Shown: positions 47,794 through 59,549 of the stretch, one piece after another | How positions within the stretch are numbered: the stretch's first letter is position 1 | Layout: each line of letters begins with the position of its first letter | Source of the DNA: Scyliorhinus canicula | Lineage: Eukaryota | Direction: 5' to 3' | Length of the DNA stretch: 64,000 nucleotides | NCBI RefSeq assembly: GCF_902713615.1 | Contig: NC_052164.1 | Coordinates: 40,225,091 to 40,289,090, forward strand | Made by a program: the position numbers and the translations under genes | The notes under the pieces: generated by a model | Seen by the model: only the letters and a program-made list of their open reading frames with translations | What the model was told of the DNA's origin: nothing | The model's database searches: none

Positions 47794-48929
47794 TAAATAC
47801 ATTGGTCCAGAATGGGAACAAAGAATGTTTATTTTGAAGACTTTTCATGTGCAGCTATATTTTTATATGGATATTTGAAATTCATTTTATACTTTATTGT
47901 AATGATGAGAGAATAATGAGTGACTTGATGAAATTGTTCACTGTCTTTATTTATTTAATTTATTGATACCTACAGCCGCGTTATTGTGGGTGGTGAGTCT
48001 GGTTTGAGAATTGTCTGTCAGGCTTTCAGGATATGGGTTTCCAGACCTTTCCTAAATGGACAACATTTCAAACTATATCAGGCTCTTTAATTGATTGATA
48101 TTTATTTTCATGATGTTTTTGTAGAATGAAATGTTAGAATTTTATTTAATGTGTAAAATGAGTTAAAAATGTTAATTTATTGATATTTATTAAGAATTGG
48201 GTTGTAGAAAATGTTTATCTAAACTGGAAAATTTTATACTGAATGAGAGCATGTATTTATATATTTAATATTTATAATAAATCGTTTTTAATATTACACA
48301 TTTCTAAAGTTATGTTCATTTTTGATTTCTGTCGGTTTGATTTCCACATTACAAATGGTCTGAATTCTCCTATCTGCTGCCTGTTACTGTTGCTCATTCT
48401 CTGCTCCATTTTCCATTCTCTCCATCCTCTGATTTTCCCTCACCTGGCGGAATTGTAAATTCATTTTGAACTCAACTTGCCCAGGTTCTTATATTTTCTA
48501 AACTTCTGCACCTCAACAATATAGTATCATGGAATCCCTACAGTGCAGGAGGAGGCCATTCAACCTATCGGGTCTGTCCCGACCCTCTGAAAGAGCATCT
48601 TGACGAGGCTCACTGCCCTCACCTATCCCTGTATCCCCGTAACCCTACTTAACCTGCACATCTTTGGACATTGAGGGAAAATTTTAACAGAGCCAATCTA
48701 CCCAACTTGCATGTTTTTTGACTGTGGGAGGAAACCAGAGGAAACCGAGGCAGACAGGGAGAGAACATGCAAACTCCACACAGACAGTCACCCAAGGCTG
48801 AAATTGAAGCAGTGTCATGTGTGCCGCGATACAGTAGCATTAACCACTGTGCCACCATGCCATCCTTTGATGAAATTCTGGCACTGAGGCTGAGAGGACT
48901 TGGTATGACATCCAGAATAAGAAAGTGAA

Positions 48930-50272
48930 CTGGGCGGCTAACATAGCCATGATAAGGAAGTTGATGGTGGGCACGGGGTCTATCTGGGAGCGGGTGGAGG
49001 CAGCTTTGTGCAGGGGCACCAGTTTGGCAGTCCTGGTCATGGCTCCTCTACCGCTGTCGCCGGCCAAGTACTCCACCAGCATGGTAGTGGGGGCGGCCCT
49101 GCGGATATGGGGCCAGTGGACGAGGCATGTAGGGGAGGTAGGTGCGTCGGTCTGGGCTCCTATATGTGATATTGATTTGCCCCGGGAACATGGATGGAGG
49201 TTTTCGAACATGGGGTTGGGCGTTGGGAGGAGTGTGGGCGATATGTTCCTGGAGGGGAGCTTTGCGAGTTTGAGGGGCTTGGAAGAGAAATTTGAGCTGG
49301 CAAGGGTAAATGACTTTAGGTACTTACAGATGCAGGACTTTGTCCGCAGACAGGTCCCATCCTTCCCACGCCTCCCGCCAACGGGGATTCAGGACAGAAT
49401 AATCTTTTGGGGAGAAGGAGTCTCGGATATTTACACGGTGCTCATGAAGGGGGAAGAGTCCCAGACGGAGGAACTGAAACTCAAATGGGAGGCGGAGCTG
49501 GGTGGGGAGATGGAGGACAGGCTGTGGGCTGAAGCACTGAGTAGGGGTAAACTCAACCGCAACATGTGCCAGGCTCGGCCTGATTCAATTTAAGGTCGCA
49601 CACCGTCCCACATGATGATATCTCAGATGAGCAAATTATTTGGGGTAGAGGACAAGTGCGCTAGATGCGCGGGAGGACCAGCGAACCATGTTCACATGTT
49701 TTGGGCATGTCCTAAGCTTAGGGGGTACTGGGAGGAGTTTGCGGGGATCATGTCCCGGGTGCTTAAAACAAGGGTGGTGATGAGTCCAGTGGTGGCAATG
49801 TTTGGGGTTTCGGAAGACCTGGGAGTGCAGGGGAGGAAGGAAGCTGATGTTTTGGCCTTTGCTTCCCTCGTACCCCGGCGGCACATACTGCTGGCATGGA
49901 GGGTCTCAAAACCCCCGAAGACTGAACTATGGCTTTCAGACATGGCTAGTTTTCTGGGTATGGAAAAAATTAAGTTTGCCTTGAGGGTATCTGTACTGGG
50001 GTCTGCCCGAAGTTGGCAACCATTCATCGACTTCTTGACGGGAGAGTGAATGTCAGCAGGGGGGGGGGGGGGGGGGGGGGATTAGAGTAGAGTAGTGGCG
50101 ATAAATAGGCAGGCACTGTCTATGGGAGAGGAGCGGGCCTGTGCAGTATGGGTCGATTGAGGCGTTGATTTTACGTTGGTTTTTGCATATTTTTGTTTTT
50201 TTTACTGTTTGATATCTGTAACTTTTTACAATGCCGAAAAGTACCTCAATAAAATTGTTTGTTTAAAAGAAA
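48930..50272 (+). mobile_element. Same L1/Tx1-clade insertion, unit 3
   Basis: ORFs 48925-49593 and 49612-50049; same TSD. Confidence 0.88.
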
Positions 50273-52520
50273 AGAATAAGAAAGCGAAAGATGAAGGCAT
50301 TAATTCAGAAGGGACAGGGAGAAATGGGATTGAGTTTGGAGATGTTGCAGTGTTGAGGTGACAATTTTGCGATCTAATGATGCAGAAGTTCAGGCTTATG
50401 CTCAGAGGATGTTGGTGAAAATTACACACTTTGATGGGATTTGAATTTAGTTAATCAATCGCAGTAATAGTAAGCACGATATTGTACAAAACACTTTCCT
50501 GATGCACTCATGTCTGTTCGGGAAGGAAATTGATGCCCCATCCCCGCTCTGGCCTACATGTGGCTACAACAATGTTATTGCCTCTTCACAGCCCTCTGAT
50601 GTGGCCTAGGAGCCATGAACCTCAAGGGCAATTAGGCATGGGCAACAAATGCTGGCCTGACTGGTGATATGGAATTGATACGATAGAATTTTGAATACTG
50701 ACTGTATGACATCAGAACACAAGGAGGAGCAGACCAATTCTGTTCCACCATTCAATTTTGTCTTAAGTGATCTGATTGTGGCCTTATCCCATTTCCTACT
50801 TACCCCCATCACTTTTACTCATTTGTTGATCAGACAACTGTCCAAATCGGGCTTGGATGTATTCAATGATCCTGGCTCTGTGCAGGTTGCAGAATGTGAA
50901 AGATTAATGGCACTTGGAGCAATCAGAGTTTACAATCAGATCGGAGAGGATGTTATCGAATGGTGGGATAGGATGGTGAGGACGAGTGGCCTATGATGCT
51001 CCTAATTTATATGTTGGGGTGTTTTTCTGTTCATGATCACAACACTGGTTGTTGATAGGTGAAGCACAAATTGGCAAACGTGTTTCATATATTACGACAG
51101 TCACAATGCCTCAAATGTACTACATCAGCAGTCGTGTACTTTGTGATGTTCTGTTGTCAGGAAGGGCGCTACATAAATGTAATTCTGTTTTCAAATCAAA
51201 CACATATTGAAAACTGTCCCCACACAAAAAACCCACCTCAGCTCAGGATCAATGGATCATCGCTGAAATTGTTTACAGGCCTTCGATAGGCTCCAAAAAC
51301 TAGTTTTGACAATTTGGGTCTGAGGACAGATTTAGTTTCTGAAATTAACTTTTGAATTTGAAAACAGAAAGACAATTACACCCCAGTGTCACCAGACATT
51401 GAGCCTGTATTATTTTCAGTAATGTTGAATCAGGTTTCCAACAGAGGTAAAATCGATACTGGCATTAAAGTGCTTCTGCGTTTAAATAAAATTGCGCGTG
51501 GCAACAACCTTAAATACATGCATCAATATTCTCAGATATTTTCAAAAATTCAATGTTAATATGCAGTCTGATTTTGCTGGTTCATGGCAGATGTGGCGTT
51601 TGGTGATTGGCAATTATTTGGAGTGGAAAATCTTTCAGAGGGTCGGTGCAGATTGGATGGGCTGAATGGCTGCCTTCTGCACTGTAGGGATTGTATGATT
51701 TTATGAATTAGAGATGAGAAGCACACAGTGACCTTGCCAGCGAACCTCACATCCCATCAATGAGTAAAATAAGTCAAATTTGGCACAGATTTCAGTGAGT
51801 GGACCTGAGATTTTTATTTGGTAACGGTGGACATGGTGATTTCTATCCGAGTTCCAGCTGTGAGGGATTGGGTGACATTCCCTGTGGAAGCTGGGATATC
51901 CCGAATATCCGGAACCCTTTCCCATTTCCCCCTCAGGCCTTTCAGTGACGAGCCGCTCGCTTCACAAACTCTCCTCCCTCTCGGAAATGACAAAACGCCC
52001 TCACTTTCCCTGAGGCACTTTCGCTTTTGGAACAAACTGACAACAAGGTTCATTTCCAGAGAGAAACTGAGGCGGCCGCTTTCCCGGGAGAGAGAGAGAG
52101 AGAGAGAAGAAAGAAACGGGGTGAAAGGAGAGGGAAAGGAATCACTTTCACCCTCGGAATCGGAGCAGATGAAATATTCTTTCAGTCAAACTATTGAAAA
52201 CGGCTCCAGAAAAGCAGCGGGAAATGAGCAAGTTGTGCCAGTGAAAGAGCAGATTGTGGGACAGCTCAATGGGAGCGGAGTCAGTGTCCATGAAGCGGGG
52301 AGCCTGGGCTCTGAGCCGGGCTCTCTGCAATGTTCAAGCTGTGAAGTGTGGAGAGGACAAGCGCGATGTGAACACACCGGGTCCCGGTGCATTTCAGAGG
52401 CAATGGGGCCCCGGGTCAGCTCGGAAAGCCGCCGCACCGGATTCCCGCTCTCGGTGTCTCTATAATCCGGATGATCAAATCCAGACCCCAATACATGTTC
52501 CCCCTGCAAACCCACCCCCC

Positions 52521-52951
52521 AATACTGAGCCTCCCTCTACACCACCTTATTGCCCCCCCCCAATAATAAGCCTCCCTCTACACCACCTAACTGCCCCCCC
52601 AACACTGAGCCTCCCTCTACACCACCTTATTGCCCCCCCCCCAATACTAAGCCTCCCTCTACACCACCTAACTGCCCTCCCAACACTGAGCCTCCCTCTA
52701 CACCCCCTTACTGCCCCCCAATACAGAGCCTCCCTCTACACCACCTTACTGCCCCCAATACTGAGCCTACCTCTACACCACCTTACTGCCCCCCCCCACC
52801 AATACTGAGCCTCCCTCTACACCTTACTGCCCCCCCCCAATACTGAGCCTCCCCCTTCACCACCTTTCTGCCGCAAATACTGAGCCTCCCTCTACACCCC
52901 CTTACTGCCCCCCCAATACAGAGCCTCCCTCTCCACCACCTTACTGCCCCC
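52521..52951. repeat. Same minisatellite, 11 copies
   Basis: Same variant order as 29055-29485. Confidence 0.92.
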
Positions 52952-53363
52952 GGGTGATGTGAAGCTTCACAACACTGAGCTGGAAGCCAGCGCTGTTTAG
53001 TATTTTCTCGCAGGGATTTCCCTCTCGCTGCTTCCGGAGTCTCCAGTTTTCAGCTTCCTGACCTCAGAGAGAAACCGCACAAACTATTGATCTCCTGCAG
53101 CTCGAGCACAAATCCTCCAGCCCATTTTCACTTTTCCAATGTCATGTCCACACGTTAAAGGCGACACCAGTGCCAGCTCCCAGCAGAGTCCACACTCACA
53201 CTCACTCCATTCGGCAACACAGGCGCTCGCTCCCGGATCACAAGCGGTTCCCATTCGACTTTCCCACTTTCATTCGCTTCACAAGAACCCTTCTCGCCGC
53301 TGAACCACGAAGCCGCCGCTTTCTCATCTTTCACATCGGTGTGTGACTCTGGCTCGGTTGCTC

Positions 53364-53495
53364 ATGGCTCTGGCGAGTATTTGGAGGTTTGGGACGGTGT
53401 TGCTCCTCTTGTCCGCGACCCTCAGTCTGGGCTGTGAGAGGCTGCAGTTACAGCAAGTTCTCAACACAGAGACACTCAGCAAACTGAATGAAATG
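53364..53495 (+). other. Orphan IFN exon 1 (unit 3), open frame and intact donor; candidate alternative first exon of B3
   Basis: Same sequence as 29898-30029. Phase-0 donor compatible with the B3 exon 2 acceptor at 56780. Confidence 0.8.
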
Positions 53496-56472
53496 GTGAG
53501 TTGAACCTACAGCCAGAGCCGGAGTCGAATCAAACAGCGTCTGTATGTTTTACAAAGTCATATCAGGAGAGGAAGAGAAATGTGTGAAAAAACACATCAG
53601 GTCTGAGCGGTGAATAGAAGCTGGACACTGAGGCGAGGAGGATTTACAGAAAGGAGGGATTGTTATCTGGGGGCGGGGGTGAAAGAGGATTCAGAAACAA
53701 GCCATTCACATCAAGAATCTGTGTTTAATGTAACCAAACAATCACAGTGTTATCAGGAACACAGTAAAGTAAATTTGACATCAAGTTACGTAAGAAGGTA
53801 AAAGAACAGATGGCTAAAAGCTGGTAAAAGAGGGAACTTTTCAGGAAGGTCTTGCCGTAGGAAGGGGAGGTGGAGAAATGCGGAAGTTTACGGAGGGAAT
53901 TCCTAATTTTAACGCTGAGATAGCTGAAGACTGCGCCTCAAAAATGAACATTGGAATCCAGGAGGCCAGATCTGGAGGTGGACAGATATGTCAGAGTGTT
54001 TTCGAGACTGGAGATGATTACACACACAACAGAAGACTTAAAAACAAGTAGGAGAATTTAAAGATGAAGGCATTGCTTAACTCGGCGTCATAAATCAGCA
54101 AATTCAGGTACGATGAGAGAACAAGATTCATGATTTATGCCAAATCCATCTCAGACATAAATTACTACAGGTTTTGATTGGGGAGAATGTGGAAAGTCGA
54201 TCAGGCAGGTGTAGGAGTGACCAAACGCGGAGGTAACAAAGCTATGGATGGAAATTTCAGCTTCAGAGTTGCTCAGCCAGAGAGGGGGACAAGTGTGATT
54301 GGGGGGGGGGGGGGGGGGGGAGTGGGCAGTCTTACTTGTGGCGTCGATGTGGTCAGAAACTAATTTCAGGGTCAAATATCACACCTGCACATCTTGGGAC
54401 TGTGATGTGGAGATTTCGGCGTTGGACTGGGGTGAGCACAGTAAGAAGTCTTACAACACCAGGTTAAAGTCCAACAGGTTTGTTTCAAACACGAGCTTTC
54501 GGAGCGCAGCTCCTTCTTCAGGTGACCTGGTGTTGTAAGACGTCTTACTGTGCATCTTGGGACTGTGAGAGGAAACCGGAGCACCGGGAGGAAACCCAAG
54601 CAGACACGGGGAGAACGTGCAGACTCCGCACAATCACCAGAGGCTGGAATTGAACCTGGGTGTGAGGCAGCAGTGTTAATTACTGTGCCAGGTGCTGCCT
54701 CTATGATCTGCTGGTAACTTTCACCTCACTTTTCCTCTCTGTCCAAAGTAGCACAGTGGTGCAAAGGTCAGCACTGCTGCCTCAGGGCACCGAGGACCCG
54801 GGTTCGATACCGGCTCTGGGTCACTGTCTGTGTGGAGTTTGCATATTCTCCCCGTGTCTGCATGGGTCTCATCTCCACAACCAAAAGATGTGCTGGTTAG
54901 TTGGATTGGTCACACTAAATTGCCCCTTAATTGAAAAAAAGTAATTGGTACTCTATAGTTCTAAAAAAAACTTTTCCTGTCTGTCCCTCTCCCCCGGGAC
55001 ACACTTTTAGATTCCCCTTGAATATCTGCAATGACCGAGGGGATTGCTTTACTGAGGAAGCGAATTCTAAAGATTAATGAGCCACTGAGACAAACAAATT
55101 CCTCCTTACTTCCATCATAAATGGGGAGTCTTTATTTTTAAACTGTGCACCTTAGTTCTAGAATCCTCTGGAAGAGGATGCCCTCCTGTCAGCTTGTATC
55201 CAGCCAACCCCCCTCAGATTCTGAGACGTTTCAATATTCGAATTAGTTTGATCAGCACACCGGTGTTTTGAGATGATGTCATTGAGAGGTAGCATGCAGC
55301 TGAGAAATGGGAGAGGTCAAGGATTGATTCTTAGGGGACACCAGAGGTAATGCAGCCGTCCTTCAGCAGGAAGAGAAGCCACTGCAGGAAATTCTCTGCC
55401 TACGTTGAGATAGATGATAAAAGCAAACGAGGACAGCCCCCTTCCAGCCCCATCCACCCAGCCTAAAACTTGACCATTGTGCAGAGGCCTGACCGACCCG
55501 TGTCAAGGTGCAGACATGATATGGAGATGCTGGCGTTGGACTGGGCTGAGCACAGTGAAAAGTCTCAACTGAGGAAGGAGCAGTGCTCCGAAAACTAGTG
55601 TTTGAAGCAAACATGTTGGACTTTATCCTGGTGTTGTAAGACTTCTTAAGGTGCAGACATATAGAGAAGGATCTGAAGGGGAGGTTAACCTTTGTTACAG
55701 CCAAACCGTTCTAACCAACTGCCCCCTTATTGTGCCCTTGATGTGAATCCGTTCAACTTGAAGGAAATCATCTGCTTTTCCAAAATTGATATTAATAATA
55801 TTGATCCATATTCTTGGAGCTTTGAGTTAGAACCGGCCGCTGTTTGTGTTTTTCTATTTGGGCTCTTCCCGGCCCTGGTTGAGGAATTTCCAGCTTTCAG
55901 ATTCCTTCCCTCACACTGGGAGCAGACTAACTATTCGCCTTGTAAAAGAAACAACCGAAAGCAGATTTCACTTTCCCAACGTAACACCGCTGATCGCCAG
56001 ACCCTCCTCTTAACACGGAGAGGATGCTAGAGAGAGATCCTCCCAACACAGNNNNNNNNNNNNNNNNNNNNNNNNNNNNNNNNNNNNNNNNNNNNNNNNN
56101 NNNNNNNNNNNNNNNNNNNNNNNNNNNNNNNNNNNNNNNNNNNNNNNNNNNNNNNNNNNNNNNNNNNNNNNNNNNNNNNNNNNNNNNNNNNNNNNNNNNN
56201 NNNNNNNNNNNNNNNNNNNNNNNNNNNNNNNNNNNNNNNNNNNNNNNNNNNNNNNNNNNNNNNNNNNNNNNNNNNNNNNNNNNNNNNNNNNNNNNNNNNN
56301 NNNNNNNNNNNNNGACTCGCAGGAGAGTTTAGGCGGTTACTCCTGCTGCAAGCGGTTGCATTTTCACTCCCGGTGATTCTTTCGGTGAAAATACAACATT
56401 TGTTCGGAGTTGAACCCGGTTACGGTCAGTGTGTGATCCTCAGCTCCGTGTCTCACTCTGGCTCGGTTGCTC

Positions 56473-59400
56473 ATGGCTCTGGCCAGTATTTGGAGCTTTG
56501 TGACGGTGTTGTTCCTCTTGTCCGGGACCCTCAGTCTGGGCTGTGAGAGGCTGCAGTTACAGCAAGTTCTCAACACAGAGACACTCAGCAAACTGAATGA
56601 AATGGTGAGTTGAAGCTGGAGCCAGAAACAATTCCCCATCGCACTGGGTCCATTTGTTTTGAAGCATTCTCTCAGGAAAATGGTTCTGGGGTTTGCAGCG
56701 CTGCACAGTTTATGGTCAGCGAATCTGCAGCATTACTGTTTCTGATCTGGGTTGACACAGTGTTTGTCTTTGCTCTCAGGGCGGTCGCTTCCCTCGGCAA
56801 TGTGTCAGGGAGAGGTTTGCGCTGACAACCAAGACCTTGAATCTGGTGAAACTGTCTGAGGGTTTGCAGGTGAGTGAACACTGGGGCTTATTATCATTTA
56901 TTCCATCAGAAATGTGCGAAAAACACGATAAAGATCAACCACCGTAATCCAGGATGGACAGAGCAGGTCGTTCATTGAAGTTGTCAGTGGAAATGAGGGA
57001 GCTCCTGCTTTGAACTCAAACCCCCGGGTAAAGACTCTCTTCCTCGTTCCCTCAGACTGATGTAGGGAATGGAACCTCATTGAGCTGTGATGCACCCTGT
57101 TGGGGGAGCCTGCCAAGTCTGCAGCATCATTCAAAGGTTACTTGTGCCTGCTAATCATCTCAATTCCTTTCATCACCTCACTACCCATTAGCATCTCTGT
57201 CTTCTCCCTCTTACTCCCTCACTGTCTATCCACTTCTTACCATCAATCGTCCTATACAGTTCAGGCAGGGCCCTTTCATCTGTGGATTCCACACAACATA
57301 CCTGTCCACTCTCCATTGCATTCACTCGATGGTCACTGTGTTGATATTGGTGGGCTGGTTAGCTCATTGGCTAGTCCAGGATGCTGCCACCAGCGCTGGT
57401 CCAATTCCTGTCTGACTGAGGAGGTGTGAGACCTGCCTCTGCGCCCTTCCCTGAGAGTCGAAGACAATGACAGACTCCCTCTACAAATAAACAAAAACAA
57501 ACTGCCCAGAAAGCAACTCAGGGTGAAGCATCAGATGCCACAGCGGCAGAGGCCCAGGGTGACCGTGTGGAGTTTTCACGTTCGCTCCGTGTGCGTGGGA
57601 TTCCTCCGGGTGCCCTGGTTTCCTCTCACAGTCCAAAGATGTGCAGGTGAGGTGGATTGGCCATGATAAATTGTCCCTTAGTGCCCAAAGGTTTGGTGGG
57701 GTTAGGGGGATGTGGCAGCGGAGTGGAAGGGGAGCTCCATTATTCTAATACTGTCCAGGGTGTTCTCTCAATTTATGTCCTCTATAAACTGGAACAGAAT
57801 CCAATAACTACTGTAATATAACATAACTCAATTATCTCTGGTGCAGCACGGTGGCACAGTGGTTAGCATTGCTGCCTCAGGGTGCCGAGGTCCCAACCTT
57901 GATCCCGGCTCTGGGTCATTGTCAGTGTGGAGTTTGCGCATTCTTTCCATGTTTGCGTGGATTTCGCTCCCACAATCCAAAGATGTGCACGGCAGGTGAT
58001 TTGCCGTGCTAAATTGCCACTTAATTCGAAAAAATGAATTGAGTACTCTAAATTTATTTTTTTTAAACTCATCATCTCTAAATATTCCAACAACACAAAC
58101 TCCCAGTCAGCCATCACCTCTGCATTCTCAGATTAGATTCATTCAGATATCACCAAGTTCACAATTTTGCAAAATGGATTTTTCCGATATTCCCCGAGGT
58201 GCCACCAAAATCTCGAATGGAGAGAGTTATTTCACTCACAGGGTCCGAGGAAGGAGATATTGATGGATGGGTCTTGTCAGGAGATTTGGTGTCAGTGGAG
58301 GGGGTTAAGTCGATGTGCGAGGAGGAGATGGGGCCCATATTGAATGACGAGGTGTGAGGCACTTCGCAGGGTGAACTCCACATCCACCTGGGCCAGGTTT
58401 GGTTTCATCCAGCCTCGGGTAGTTTTGAGGGCACACTTGACCAATTTCAGAATGAGTCACTTCTTTTTAAGGGGGGGGGGGGACGACAGGTTTACAGTGC
58501 TGTTTACATGGTCCGGGTAACAACGTGCATATGTTCTGGTTTTGTCCCGAGGTCATGGGTTTTGGGGTCTCCTTCTTTAGCACCATGTTGGCGATCCTGA
58601 AGATTGAGCTGGAGCCCTAACCTTTAGCGGCCATACTTTGGGTGTCAGACTTATCAGAGCTGCAAACGGGCGCAGGGGCCAATGGCGTCGCCTTCTCCTT
58701 CCTCATTGCTCGGAAGTGAGTTCTGCTGGGATGGAGTTCTCCGCCTCCATCCAGTGCCTCGGTTTGGCTTGGGGACCTGATTGAGTTCCTATTCCTTGAA
58801 AAAGTCAAAGAAAAGTTGAGGGGAGCAAACGACGGGATTCTATGGGAGATGAAGCCTTTTACTGTATTTTTCAAGGAAATTGTCACCTTTTGTTACTCGG
58901 GGTGGGGGGGGGGGGAGTTGACGGGAGGGGAGTGGCAGGTTTCATGAGAGGTTGTTTTATGATTCTGTTTTTCATATCTGTAGATGTGTTGATTTTTCTT
59001 GTTATTTTGAATTTCATAAATGAAATATATTAATGAAAATATTTATTAAAAAAACAAAAATGCATCATCTTTAATCTGATTGTGTATATATTCCCCAGAC
59101 ACAGGACAGGATCCAGATTGTCCATCAGACCCTGCGTCACATCAGCAAGATCTACAGCATGAACCTGGGTTCAGTCACCTGGGACCGGAACAAGGTGGAA
59201 AACCTCCGCCTTCTCCTAGACCGACAGCTCAGTGAGCTGGAAGAATGTGCCAGGAAACAGGGCTCAGAGGCCAGACTGAGGAAAAACTCCACCATTCAAA
59301 AATACTTCAGGAAACTGAGGAAGTTTCTCAAACAGAAGGTGGGACAATTGATAATTGACTCTGTGATTATTGGATTGTAGTTTATTTGACCGTAATTAGA

Positions 59401-59549
59401 TCTGTTCATTTTCCAATTGGGTTTCCTTAAAATATATTCTGTTTTTCCAGACATTCAGCAACTGTGCTTGGGAAATAATCCGCGCTGAGACCAGGGCCCG
59501 TTTACAACAGCTCCTTTACTTAATGGCACAAGTCCGCAGAAGAAATTGA
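56473..59549 (+). CDS. Type I interferon B3, intact 4-exon gene, 186 aa
   Basis: Exons 56473-56604, 56780-56869, 59099-59338, 59451-59549. MALASIWSFVTVLFLLSGTLSLG/CERLQ...GGRFPRQC...LEECARKQ...TFSNCAWEIIRAETRARLQQLLYLMAQVRRRN*. Confidence 0.93.
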
